Origin: Eledone cirrhosa
Taxonomy: Eukaryota
Assembly: GCA_964016885.1 (NCBI GenBank)
Contig: OZ024743.1
Span: 353,586,001-353,650,000 of the forward strand
Reading direction: 5' to 3'
Length of the DNA: 64,000 nucleotides
The notes below the pieces were generated by a model, which saw only the letters and a list, made by a program, of their open reading frames with translations, did not search any database and had not been told where the DNA came from. Below are positions 37,921-50,700 of this stretch, piece by piece; within the stretch, counting starts at the first letter, position 1; each line of letters opens with the position of its first letter. A program made the translations under genes and the position numbers.

Positions 37921-38003
37921 TATTGGGTCGTCAAGTATAAAACTTGTAGAAATTTGTGTTTTTTCTACAAATTTATACAAATTTCATACTTGATGACCCA
38001 ATA
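37921..38003. repeat. Imperfect inverted repeat / hairpin
   Basis: TATTGGGTCGTCAAGTATAAAACTTGTA ... TACAAATTTCATACTTGATGACCCAATA. Confidence 0.75.
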
Positions 38004-38177
38004 GTTACCGCATATGCCATTTCACTTAAAGTCTTTTGGTCGATACGCGGCTATGATAAAACACATTTTCCCAAGGTCCCACGTTTTTAGCCTCTACTTT
38101 GCTTCCTCCTTTATGTGTGTGTTTTTATGTATGTATATATATAATTTTCTTTCTAATTTTTTTTTTTTTTTTTTACG

Positions 38178-40154
38178 CTAATCAATGTTAGTTAATCCAA
38201 GCAATCGACCAATAAGGATGTAATCCTTCTGAAGCACTCGACGTCATGGATGCCTCAACGTATTACGTGTATGGTATCAGACGGAGTATCAATATTAAGT
38301 AAAGGAAGAGAGTCAGTATCACATATTCAACATCAAGTTATTTTTCGCTGCTTGTCACCGGGAAAGCGGTGACGCTCTTCCCAGGAGTTACGACCTACAG
38401 CAGTGGAAACATATACATACATAAACACACACACAGTGTTAACGAGTCCGGTATCGTTAGAGCGTAGGACGAGATGCATTTCGTTATTTTATCCGGCTTT
38501 TTCCGTCCTAAGATCAAATCAAGTCGTTGATTGCTGGCTTGGTAGACTTCATCAGTCGCCTGGCCTAACACTACAACCTGGTTCTTGCATACAAACATTC
38601 GGGCCAGGTCTTCAGTTTAAGAATACTCTTCCTTATTCCTCTCACTAACTTCGGAGTCTCTGCAAATAGTGACGAGGTCCGTAAAAGCGCTGGATGTTAT
38701 GCTTCACTGATGGAGTCAAAAAATGGTAGACATGTCTAGAGTTTTCTTCCGAACTTCCCAGAAAAATGAAAATATAAGGGAGGGGAACCTCAAAGCAATC
38801 TGTCAACCTGTTAAAAAGACCAATCAAATCTCCCCCAAATCATATCCTACTATCTTTTAAAAATAGACATTAGATAATGTATTATTAGAAATCCTTAAAA
38901 GACTGGATGATCGTAGTTGAAATGCCTTTCATTATAGGTTGATCTACGACTAAACACCACCTATAACAACAACAAAAGCAACAAAAGTGATGTGTACTTC
39001 ATAACTGTACAAATTAACAGTCATATCGACAGAGGCATAACTTCCTTTTTAACCGTAATATTATTTTTTTTTTCACTCTGTCTGTCAGTCCCTCCGAGTC
39101 TCTCTCTATCTCCACACAAACACACCCACACATCCTTGTACAACAAAAGGCAGGTGAAGGGGTAAACAAACGAACCGCTGTCAAAACAAAAGATAACGAT
39201 ATCGCGAGGAGCAAATGGAAAGCATTTCTAATAATTTTTTAGGTAAGCTAGCATACTCGCAGCGTTACCTCGGGTGATGGCGAGGCTGGTGAGCTGGAAC
39301 AGCCAAGCGCCTTCACGAGTTGGTTCCCGGTACGATACATGATAGCTTTCACTTCTGTCCAATTTTTTAAATCTTTTATATCAAATTTTAACATCTATTA
39401 TATTAAAGCTGGTGTATTTGTGGCGTAAAAGGTTTGTCAAACAGTGGAAAGGAGATGGTAAGAGTGTATGCACGAGAGAAAGAGAGAAGCGGTGGTGTCG
39501 AAATATTTTAAAACTTCCTTCGTACGAAAAATATTCTTTATCTTCAGATTATAAATGAGTAAAATATTGCATTTTGGTAGTTTCGATCATTTGAAATTTG
39601 AAAGTGACTATAGTATTTGTAATTGTAAGAAAAGCGTTTTGTAATTCTAAGTAGGATTAGCAATTTCAGAGAGAGATGAACATAGAAAGATGATTTTAAA
39701 TAAAATATAATGACTAAAAAATATCATAACATCATTTGTAATCTCGAAAATAAAGGCTTTCTACGTTAATCATAAGTTTTCACTAGTCACACAGCGAGGC
39801 AAATATGATTACAATAAATTCCATTTTTTTCTTTGGGCTTCCTATGTTAATTTTCTGAGAATATCTTTTCGGTGTTTGACGTTTGCAACACCTGCAAGAT
39901 TGCTCGCTACTTCTGCACGAACGCCTCCTAGGGAAAGTTATTGTTTTTTTTTTGTACGTATTTCATAAACGACAAACATTCCCATATCGATTAAAGCAAA
40001 GGTGAATACATGGGTAAATATTTCAAACAATAATTATACATATCTTGAATAGAAGCTTCGATCCCAAGCTGAACGGGTAGCACATCGATAGATGTATACT
40101 CAGCCTTGAAAATGATCCGCTAATTTGCGAAGAAAGTTTTCAAACCAGTGACTT

Positions 40155-40186
<32 letters not shown>

Positions 40187-40193
40187 ACAGACA

Positions 40194-40280
<87 letters not shown>

Positions 40281-40612
40281 ACAGAAATATAGATTTATGT
40301 ATGTCGGCAGGAGCCCAGCCGTCAGGGTCCTGACTCATTCATATAACCATAGTTTACTATCCCAAGCATCGAGTACTCTGGTGAATAATGGTCTAACTAG
40401 TTTCTTACTGAATCGATCCTGATTTATTAAATATGTATGTATGAATATATAATATGTGTGTGTACGGCGAAAAATAACTTGGTGTTAAATATGTGATACT
40501 GACTCTCCGTCTGATACCATACAGGTAATACCTTGAGGCATCTATGACGTCGAGTGCTTCAGCCTAATTACATCATTATTGGCCGATTGCTTGGATTAAC
40601 TAACATTGATTA
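38178..40612. mobile_element. Pair of ~150-bp inverted repeats (38178-38350 and 40464-40612): possible TIRs of an old non-autonomous DNA element, or two dispersed copies
   Basis: TAATCAATGTTAGTTAATCCAAGCAATCG...GAAGCACTCGACGTCAT...GTATCAGACGGAG...GAGTCAGTATCACATAT..CAAGTTATTTTTCGC is present as reverse complement at 40464-40612. Confidence 0.6.
40304..40420 (+). mobile_element. Second copy of the hammerhead-3'-half/tail repeat seen at 21830-21955
   Basis: CGGCAGGAGCCCAGCCGTCAGGGTCCTGA...CCCAAGCATCGAGTACTCTGGTG matches the reverse complement of 21830-21950. Confidence 0.7.
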
Positions 40613-40688
40613 TCCTAATACACACACACACACACACACACACACATGCACACATACACACACACAGACGCGCGCGCACACACACACA

Positions 40689-40767
<79 letters not shown>

Positions 40768-40878
40768 CGCCGTGTCTGGAAGAGAAACATTAATATACAC
40801 AGATAGAAAGAGAGTGTGAGGATGTGTATGTATGTATGCATGTAAGAATGCATGTATATATGTATGTGTGTGTGCGAG

Positions 40879-40912
<34 letters not shown>

Positions 40913-40948
40913 GGATATATATATATATATATATAGAAAGAGATCTAG

Positions 40949-40980
<32 letters not shown>

Positions 40981-41109
40981 GGAGGGAGAGAAAGAGAGAG
41001 AGAGAGAGAGCGAGTGAGAAAGAGTGAGAAAGTGAGTGAGTGAGGGAGTGAAAGAGAATGAGAGAGAGAGAGATAGATAGATAGACATATTTCTTTATAG
41101 AGTTTATGC

Positions 41110-41282
41110 TTTTGGTAAAAGGCCAGCGATTACCCCAGTGCATTACTGGTACTTTATTTTATCGACCTCGTAAGGATGAAAGGCAAAGATAACCGCGGCG
41201 GGATTTGAACTCAGAACGCAAAAGGCCATAACTATGCTGCAAAGCATGGTGTCTGACGCTCTACCGATACTGCCAAACCACC

Positions 41283-41284
<2 letters not shown>
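41110..41284 (-). mobile_element. tRNA-derived SINE
   Basis: TGGTACTTTATTTTATCGACC..GGATGAAAGGCAAAG..GGATTTGAACTC (B-box on -)..ACTGCCAA. Confidence 0.8.
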
Positions 41285-41316
<32 letters not shown>

Positions 41317-41322
41317 GAGAGA

Positions 41323-41395
<73 letters not shown>

Positions 41396-42224
41396 TGTAA
41401 TATGAGGTGAGAGGAATCAGAGCTGTAAGTACAACGCACGTATGATATTTTCTATTTGAATTCTCCGTTAATATATTTTAGTAAATTAAAATGCCATAGA
41501 TCTCATAGCAATAAGTTCTGAGACGGCTAAAATATCCATCAGCTCTGTTATATATCTGTTCTGTCACAATTTTGTCTTGGCAGCCATCTTTCTTACTCAA
41601 TCTTTTACTTACTTTATTTGTTTGTTTGATTGTTTCTTTGTTTCTTTGTTTCTTTCCCTAGGTCTTCCTCCATCTCTATTTCTTTAACACCATGTTCACT
41701 CGTATGTTTTAAAATAAACCGTCTAGTTTATTCTTTTAGACACAAACACCTAAACATACACACACACAAACGTATACAATACACATGCTCACACATCCTA
41801 CACACATAAACACACACATACAGACGTCGATGTACACGAGTATACAACATGCAACATACAGCACACACGATATATAACATTAAACACAACACACAGACAT
41901 TTTGGATATCTATCACACGTTTTCTTAGCCGCACAACACCTCACGTATCATATCCATTCAACCCCCATCACTTTCACGCAGCCACAGAAATGTTTACAGT
42001 TGGAGAAGGAGAGTTTATCTATTATTTGACAAATGGCGCCATATAGTGGTAGCTATCGACTCTCCTTCATAATCCTGTGAGGCCTAGTAAAGAAACTGAA
42101 ACGTTAATCTGCAGACATGATGTAAATATTTCACAGAAATCACAAATATCTCAGAATATCTCTTTGTTTCTCTCTCTCTGCCATTTAAACGAATTTGTTT
42201 AATTTTTTTTCTATAAATTTACAT

Positions 42225-43040
42225 AACTAACAAATAGTTTTATCGCTCTACATGGCTGAATACAATAAATGTAATCTGAGTTTTTCGAATATTGATAATT
42301 ATTTCTACTTTTGGTACAAGGCCAGCAATTATCCCAGTGTATTACTGGTACTTTATTTTATCGACCCCTCGATTCGTTTGCAATTATGCAAACAGCCTCT
42401 TTAAGCCATGTCAGTATAATGACGCCGTCATTCTTGCTCTTGCGTCGGCATATAAACTGAACGGCAGACTCTAATGTACCGTATACTGCTTACCTTCCAA
42501 CTATCAGAGCTAGTGAAAATATATGATATTTTCTGAAATATACAGTGACTGATCGGCTTGATTTGCATATTAGCAAACTGCCTGATCAGTCAGATCTGCA
42601 TATTAGCAGACCCACTGATCAGCCAGATTTCCATGTCAGCAGATAGGCCAGTCAGCGATTAATGGCCGGCTTTGTCATATTCAAATAACTAACAAATAGT
42701 TTTATCGCTCTACATGGCTGAATACAATAAATGTAATCCGAGCTTTTCGAATATTAATAATTGTTTCTACTTTTGGCACAAGGCCAGCAATTATCCCAGT
42801 GTATTACTGGTACTTTATTTTATCGACCCCCGTAAGGATGAAAGGCAAAGTTAACCTCGGCAGGATTTGAACTCAGGCCATAAAGGATCGTAACTCTTGC
42901 TGCAAAGCATGGCGTCCGACCCTCTACCGATACTGCCAATCCACCGCCCTTTTCGAATATTAATAATAATATTCGATTCGTTTGCAATTATGCAAACAGC
43001 CTCTTGAACCATGTCAGTAGAATGAGTCTTCTCATTATTG
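42225..43040. repeat. Local duplication (42225-42460 vs 42686-43040); each copy contains the same SINE insertion
   Basis: TAACTAACAAATAGTTTTATCGCTCTACATGGCTGAATACAATAAATG and TCGATTCGTTTGCAATTATGCAAACAGCCTC each occur twice; the first copy has lost most of the SINE. Confidence 0.85.
42762..42948 (-). mobile_element. Full-length tRNA-derived SINE with a 19-bp target-site duplication
   Basis: TSD CTTTTCGAATATTAATAAT at 42743-42761 and 42949-42967; B-box and conserved core present. Confidence 0.88.
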
Positions 43041-43059
43041 CTCTAGTGTTTGGCATATA

Positions 43060-43690
43060 ATCAGAACGTATGATAATGTCCTTGCAGAATGTAGATAATG
43101 CCCTTGCTGTCAAAGAATGAGATCATCATGAACTTCCCAGTGGACCTGCTTTGCCTGCCCTTCTTGAGTCTTGGGGAATCAGAATATTTCCACTGGGCAT
43201 TCTGTCTCTTGGTCTCTAGATGACAATGGTAGACCCACCTCTCATCAAGGGTTACCAGAGACACAAGGACTCTAAGTGATCCATTCGACCATCTCACTTC
43301 TGTCATCAACGCGTCTTTACCTTTGATCGTCATTGAGCAGCCTGGGAACAAACTTTGCACAAACTTGAATGACTGTGCACAGTGCCCTCAGCCACTTCCA
43401 ATTGTTTAGCTACCATCAGAAGAGATGTACGACGGTCCTTGTTCAGAAATTTGCGAATCTTGTCGACCAACTTTGGCGTTCTGATTTCATTCACTTCGTC
43501 GCCCACTTACTCCCTGTCCCCCGCCTCTGGAACCACTTGTGCCAGCGAAAACAGTCGCTTGGCTCATGAAAATTAGTCCGCCAGGAGTTTTGGCCGTTTC
43601 ATAGGTTTCTGCCGCATTTTTGCTGAGCATGACACAAAACGTTATTGTATATCGAGCCTCTAAATTTCCTCACGTTCCAACTGCATTGTG
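43060..43690 (-). pseudogene. Mariner (Tc1/mariner) transposase relic
   Basis: VTLDERWVYHCHLETKRQNAQWKYSDSPRLKKGRQSRSTGKFMMISFFDSKGII resembles the mariner catalytic region (VTGDETWVY...KVMxxVFFDxKG). N-terminal LEARYTITFCVMLSKNAAETY at ~43600-43665. Internally deleted. Confidence 0.85.
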
Positions 43691-44519
43691 GAACGAGTCA
43701 GCTGTGACAAGGGGTGTATGACGGGTAGTGTTTAAAGTTCTGTAGCACCCCGAATCTTCAGCCTGGAAAAAAAGATTTGGCATGTTAGCTTATAACCATA
43801 TCAAGGATGTATTAGAGTGAGTTACGTAGTTCAATTAAAAGTGCTTGAAAAGATAGTCTCAAAACATTTATATATACATATATACATATATACATATATA
43901 TATATATGTATGTGTGTGTGTGTTGTGTGATGTGTGTGTGATGTGCGTTTGTGTTGTGTGTATGTGTGTGTGTTGTGTGATGTGTGTGTGTGTGATGTGC
44001 GTTTGTGTTGTGTGTGTGTGTGTGTGTATTTGCCATTCCTAAAAAAATAATATAATTTTATGCCAAATCACATCAACAATAAAATCATTATCAACTACAA
44101 AAATAACAACAATAATTTCGAGGCATATTGAATCTTCTGATGAAAAAAAAGGAGAAAAGAATTTTGATTGAAGTTGTTAATCCAATAAGATTGGTAGTCC
44201 ATCTTATAATTGTGTAGACTGGGTTAGATGGGTTGATGGGTTGATGGATAGATATTTATAACGGTGGTGGTGATAATGATGATTAGACATGTGGGGGTGA
44301 TATGGATGATGGTGGTCTTAATGTTTATAATGGTAATGGTGGTGATGATTATTATACTTGCGATCATGTTTACAATGATAGTGGTGATGGGTTAATGGTG
44401 TTCATAGTGTTGTGGTGTATTGTGGTTGTCGTGATAATGATGGTGTGAATGATAAGGATGAAGATTATTATGGCTCTGGTATTGGTGCTAGGGGTGAGGA
44501 ACTTGTTGTTATGGTGATA

Positions 44520-44606
44520 TACGAGGTATGTTCCATAAGTAATGAGACAATTTCAGAAGAGTCTTTAATTTTATAAGCTTACAAAAACTTTGTCTCCTTC
44601 AAAATA
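44520..44606. mobile_element. Possible mariner terminal fragment
   Basis: TA-CGAGGTATGTTCCATAAGTAATGAGAC resembles mariner TIR starts; partner end not found. Confidence 0.4.
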
Positions 44607-44742
44607 ATTGTTTCTACTTTTGGCACAAGGCCAGCAATTATCCCAGTGTATTAATGGTACTTTATTTTATCGACCCCGTAATGATGAAAGGCAAAGTTAA
44701 CCTCGGTGGGATTTGAAATCAGAACGTAAAGGGACATAACTA
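44606..44742 (-). mobile_element. Head-truncated tRNA-derived SINE abutting the 80-bp satellite
   Basis: Near-identical to 42762-42890. Confidence 0.8.
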
Positions 44743-44751
44743 TAAACTACC

Positions 44752-47700
44752 ACCACTTCCATGATGCTGCCATACCAACAACACCATAACACTGCCAACA
44801 ATAACACCACCACAAGAACCATTTCAATACAAACACTTCCATGATGCTAGATACCAACAACACCATAACACTGTCAACAATAACACCACCACAAGAACCA
44901 TTTCAATACAAACACTTCCATGATACTGCCCATACCAACACCACCATAACACTGCCGACATAACACCACCACAAGAACCATTTCAATACAAACACATCCA
45001 TGATGCTAGATACGAACAACACCACAACACTGCCAACAATAACACCACCACAAGAACCATTTCAATACAAACACTTCCATGATGCTGTCATACCAACAAC
45101 ATCATAACACTGCCAACAATAACACCACCACAAGAACCATTTCAATACAAACACTTCCATGATGCTGTCATACCAACACCACCATAACACTGCCAACAAT
45201 AACACCAACACAAGAAACATTTCAATACAAACACTTCCATGATGCTGCCATACCAACACCACCATAACACTGCCAACAATAACACCACCACAAGAACCAT
45301 TTCAATACAAACACTTCCATGATGCTAGATACCAACAACACCATAACACTGCCAACAATAACACCACCACAAGAACCATTTCAATACAAACACTTCCACG
45401 ATGCTGCCATACCAACAACACCATAACACTGCCAACAATAACACCACCACAAGAACCATTTCAATACAAACACATCCATGATGCTGCTATACCAACAACA
45501 ACATAACACTGCCAACAATAACACCACCACAAGAACCATTTCAATACAAACACTTCCATGATCATGCCATACCAACAACATCATAACACTGCCAACAATA
45601 ACACCACCACAAGAACAATTTCAATACAAACACTTCCATGATGCTGCCATACCAACAACACTATAACACTGCCAACAATAACACCACCACAAGAACCATT
45701 TCAATACAAACACTTCCATGATGTTGTCATACCAACAACATCATAACACTGCCAACAATAACACCACCACAAGAACAATTTCAATACAAACACTTCCATG
45801 ATGCTGCCATACCAACAACACCATAACACTGCCAACAATAACACCACCACAAGAACCATTTCAATACAAACACTTCCATGATGCTGCCATACCAACAACA
45901 CCATAACACTGCCAACAATAACACCACCACAAGAACCATTTCAATACAAACACTTCCATGATGCTGCCCATACCAACACCACCATAACACTGCCAACAAT
46001 AACACCACCACAAGAACCATTTCAATACAAACACTTCCATGATGCTGCCATACCAACACCATCATAACACTGCCAACAATAACACTACCACAAGAACTAT
46101 TTCAATACAAACCCTTCCATGAAACTGCCCATACCAACACCACCATAACACTGCCAACAATAACACCACCACAATAACTATTTCAATACAAACCCTTCCA
46201 TGATCCTGCCCATACCAACACCAGCATAACACTGCCAACAATAACGCCACCACAAGAACCATTTCAATACAAACACTTCCATGATGCTGCCATACCAACA
46301 CCACCATAACACTGCCAACAATAACACCACCACAAGAACCATTTCAATACAAACACTTCCATGATGCTGTCATACCAACAACACTATAACACTGCCAACA
46401 ATAACACCACCACAAGAACCATTTCAATACAAACACTTCCATGATGCTGCCATACCAACACCACCATAACACTGTCAACAATAACACCACCACAAGAACC
46501 ATTTCAATACAAACACTTCCATGATGCTGCCATACCAACACCACCATAAAACTGCCAACAATAACACCACCACAAGAACCATTTCAATACAAACACTTCC
46601 ATGATGCTGCCATACCAACAACACCATAACACTGCCAACAATAACACCACCACAAGAAATATTTCAATACAGACCCTTCCATGAAACTGCCCATACCAAC
46701 ACCACCATAACACTGCCAACAATAACGCCACCACAAGAACCATTTCAATACAAACACTTCCATGATGCTGCCATACCAACAACACCATAACACTGTCAAC
46801 AATAACACCACCACAAGAACCATTTCAATACAAACACTTCCATGATGCTGCCCATACCAACACCTCCATAACACTGTCAACAATAACACCACCACAAGAA
46901 CCATTTCAATACAAACACTTACATGAAACTGCCCATACCAACACCACCATAACACTGCCAACAATAACGCCACCACAAGAACAATTTCAATACAAACACT
47001 TCCATGATGCTGCCATACCAACAACACCAAAACACTGCCAACAATAACACCACCACAAGAACTATTTCAATACAAACACTTCCATGATGCTGCCCATACC
47101 AACAAAACCATAACACTGCCAACAATAACACCACCACAAGAACCATTTCAATACAAACACTTCCATGATCCTGCCCATACCAACACCACCATAACACTGT
47201 CAACAATAACACCACCACAAGAACCATTTCAATACAAACACTTCCATGATCCTGCCCATACCAACACCACCATAACACTGCCGACATAACACCACCACAA
47301 GAACCATTTCAATACAAACACATCCATGATGCTAGATACGAACAACACCACAACACTGCCAACAATAACACCACCACAAGAACCATTTCAATACAAACAC
47401 TTCCATGATGCTAGATACCAACAACACCATAACACTGTCAACAATAACACCACCACAAGAACCATTTCAATACAAACACTTCCATGATGCCGCTATACCA
47501 ACACCACCATAACACTGTCAACAATAACACCACCACAAGAAACATTTCAATACAAACACTTCCATGATGCTGCCATACCAACAACACCATAACACTGCCG
47601 ACAACAACACCACCACAAGAACCATTTCAATACAAACACTTCCATGACATTGCCCATATTAACACCACCATAACACTGCCAACAATAACACCACCACAAG

Positions 47701-50700
47701 AACCATTTCAATACAAACACTTCCATGATGCTGCCATACCAACACCACCATAACACTGTCAACAATAACACCACCACAAGAACCATTTCAATACAAACAC
47801 TTCCATGATGCTGCCATACCAACACCACAAAAAAACTGCCAACAATAACACCATCACAAGAACCATTTCAATACAAACACTTCCATGATGCTGCCATACC
47901 AACAACACCATAACACTGCCAACAATAACACCACCACAAGAACTATTTCAATACAGACCCTTCCATGAAACTGCCCATACCAACACCACCATAACACTGC
48001 CAACAATAACGCCACCACAAGAACCATTTCAATACAAACACTTCCATGATGCTGCCATACCAACAACACTATAACACTGCCAACAATAACACCACCACAA
48101 GAACCATTTCAATACAAACACTTCCATGATGTTGTCATACCAACAACATCATAACACTGCCAACAATAACACCACCACAAGAACAATTTCAATACAAACA
48201 CTTCCATGATGCTGCCATACCAACAACACCATAACACTGCCAACAATAACACCACCACAAGAACCATTTCAATACAAACACTTCCATGATGCTGCCATAC
48301 CAACAACACCATAACACTGCCAACAATAACACCACCACAAGAACCATTTCAATACAAACACTTCCATGATGCTGCCCATACCAACACCACCATAACACTG
48401 CCAACAATAACACCACCACAAGAACCATTTCAATACACACACTTCCATGATGCTGCCATACCAACACCATCATAACACTGCCAACAATAACACTACCACA
48501 AGAACTATTTCAATACAAACCCTTCCATGAAACTGCCCATACCAACACCACCATAACACTGCCAACAATAACACCACCACAAGAACTATTTCAATACAAA
48601 CCCTTCCATGATCCTGCCCATACCAACACCAGCATAACACTGCCAACAATAACGCCACCACAAGAACCATTTCAATACAAACACTTCCATGATGCTGCCA
48701 TACCAACACCACCATAACACTGCCAACAATAACACCACCACAAGAACCATTTCAATACAAACACTTCCATGATGCTGTCATACCAACAACACTATAACAC
48801 TGCCAACAATAACACCACCACAAGAACCATTTCAATACAAACACTTCCATGATGCTGCCATACCAACACCACCATAACACTGCCAACAATAACACCACCA
48901 CAAGAACCATTTCAATACAAACACTTCCATGATGTTGCCATACCAACAACACCATAACACTGCCGACAAAAACACCACCACAAGAACCATTTCAATACAA
49001 ACACTTCCATGACATTGCCCATATCAACACCACCATAACACTGCCAACAATAACACCACCACAAGAACCATTTCAATACAAACACTTCCATGATGCTGCC
49101 ATACCAACACCACCATAACACTGTCAACAATAACACCACCACAAGAACCATTTCAATACAAACACTTCCATGATGCTGCCATACCAACACCACCATAAAA
49201 CTGCCAACAATAACACCACCACAAGAACCATTTCAATACAAACACTTCCATGATGCTGCCATACCAACAACACCATAACACTGCCAACAATAACACCACC
49301 ACAAGAAATATTTCAATACAGACCCTTCCATGAAACTGCCCATACCAACACCACCATAACACTGCCAACAATAACGCCACCACAAGAACCATTTCAATAC
49401 AAACACTTCCATGATGCTGCCATACCAACAACACCATAACACTGTCAACAATAACACCACCACAAGAACCATTTCAATACAAACACTTCCATGATGCTGC
49501 CCATACCAACACCTCCATAACACTGTCAACAATAACACCACCACAAGAACCATTTCAATACAAACACTTACATGAAACTGCCCATACCAACACCACCATA
49601 ACACTGCCAACAATAACGCCACCACAAGAACAATTTCAATACAAACACTTCCATGATGCTGCCATACCAACAACACCAAAACACTGCCAACAATAACACC
49701 ACCACAAGAACTATTTCAATACAAACACTTCCATGATGCTGCCCATACCAACAAAACCATAACACTGCCAACAATAACACCACCACAAGAACCATTTCAA
49801 TACAAACACTTCCATGATCCTGCCCATACCAACACCACCATAACACTGTCAACAATAACACCACCACAAGAACCATTTCAATACAAACACTTCCATGATC
49901 CTGCCCATACCAACACCACCATAACACTGCCGACATAACACCACCACAAGAACCATTTCAATACAAACACATCCATGATGCTAGATACGAACAACACCAC
50001 AACACTGCCAACAATAACACCACCACAAGAACCATTTCAATACAAACACTTCCATGATGCTAGATACCAACAACACCATAACACTGTCAACAATAACACC
50101 ACCACAAGAACCATTTCAATACAAACACTTCCATGATGCCGCTATACCAACACCACCATAACACTGTCAACAATAACACCACCACAAGAAACATTTCAAT
50201 ACAAACACTTCCATGATGCTGCCATACCAACAACACCATAACACTGCCGACAACAACACCACCACAAGAACCATTTCAATACAAACACTTCCATGACATT
50301 GCCCATATTAACACCACCATAACACTGCCAACAATAACACCACCACAAGAACCATTTCAATACAAACACTTCCATGATGCTGCCATACCAACACCACCAT
50401 AACACTGTCAACAATAACACCACCACAAGAACCATTTCAATACAAACACTTCCATGATGCTGCCATACCAACACCACAAAAAAACTGCCAACAATAACAC
50501 CACCACAAGAACCATTTCAATACAAACACTTCCATGATGCTGCCATACAAACAACACCATAACACTGCCAACAATAACACCACCACAAGAACTATTTCAA
50601 TACAGACCCTTCCATGAAACTGCCCATACCAACACCACCATAACACTGCCAACAATAACGCCACCACAAGAACCATTTCAATACAAACACTTCCATGATG

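Noticed and set aside
38435-38560. Possible hammerheads (TTAACGAGTCC...GGACGAGA on +; CTGATGAAGTC...GACTT on -)
   Set aside because: Core boxes are incomplete and helices I and III cannot be formed
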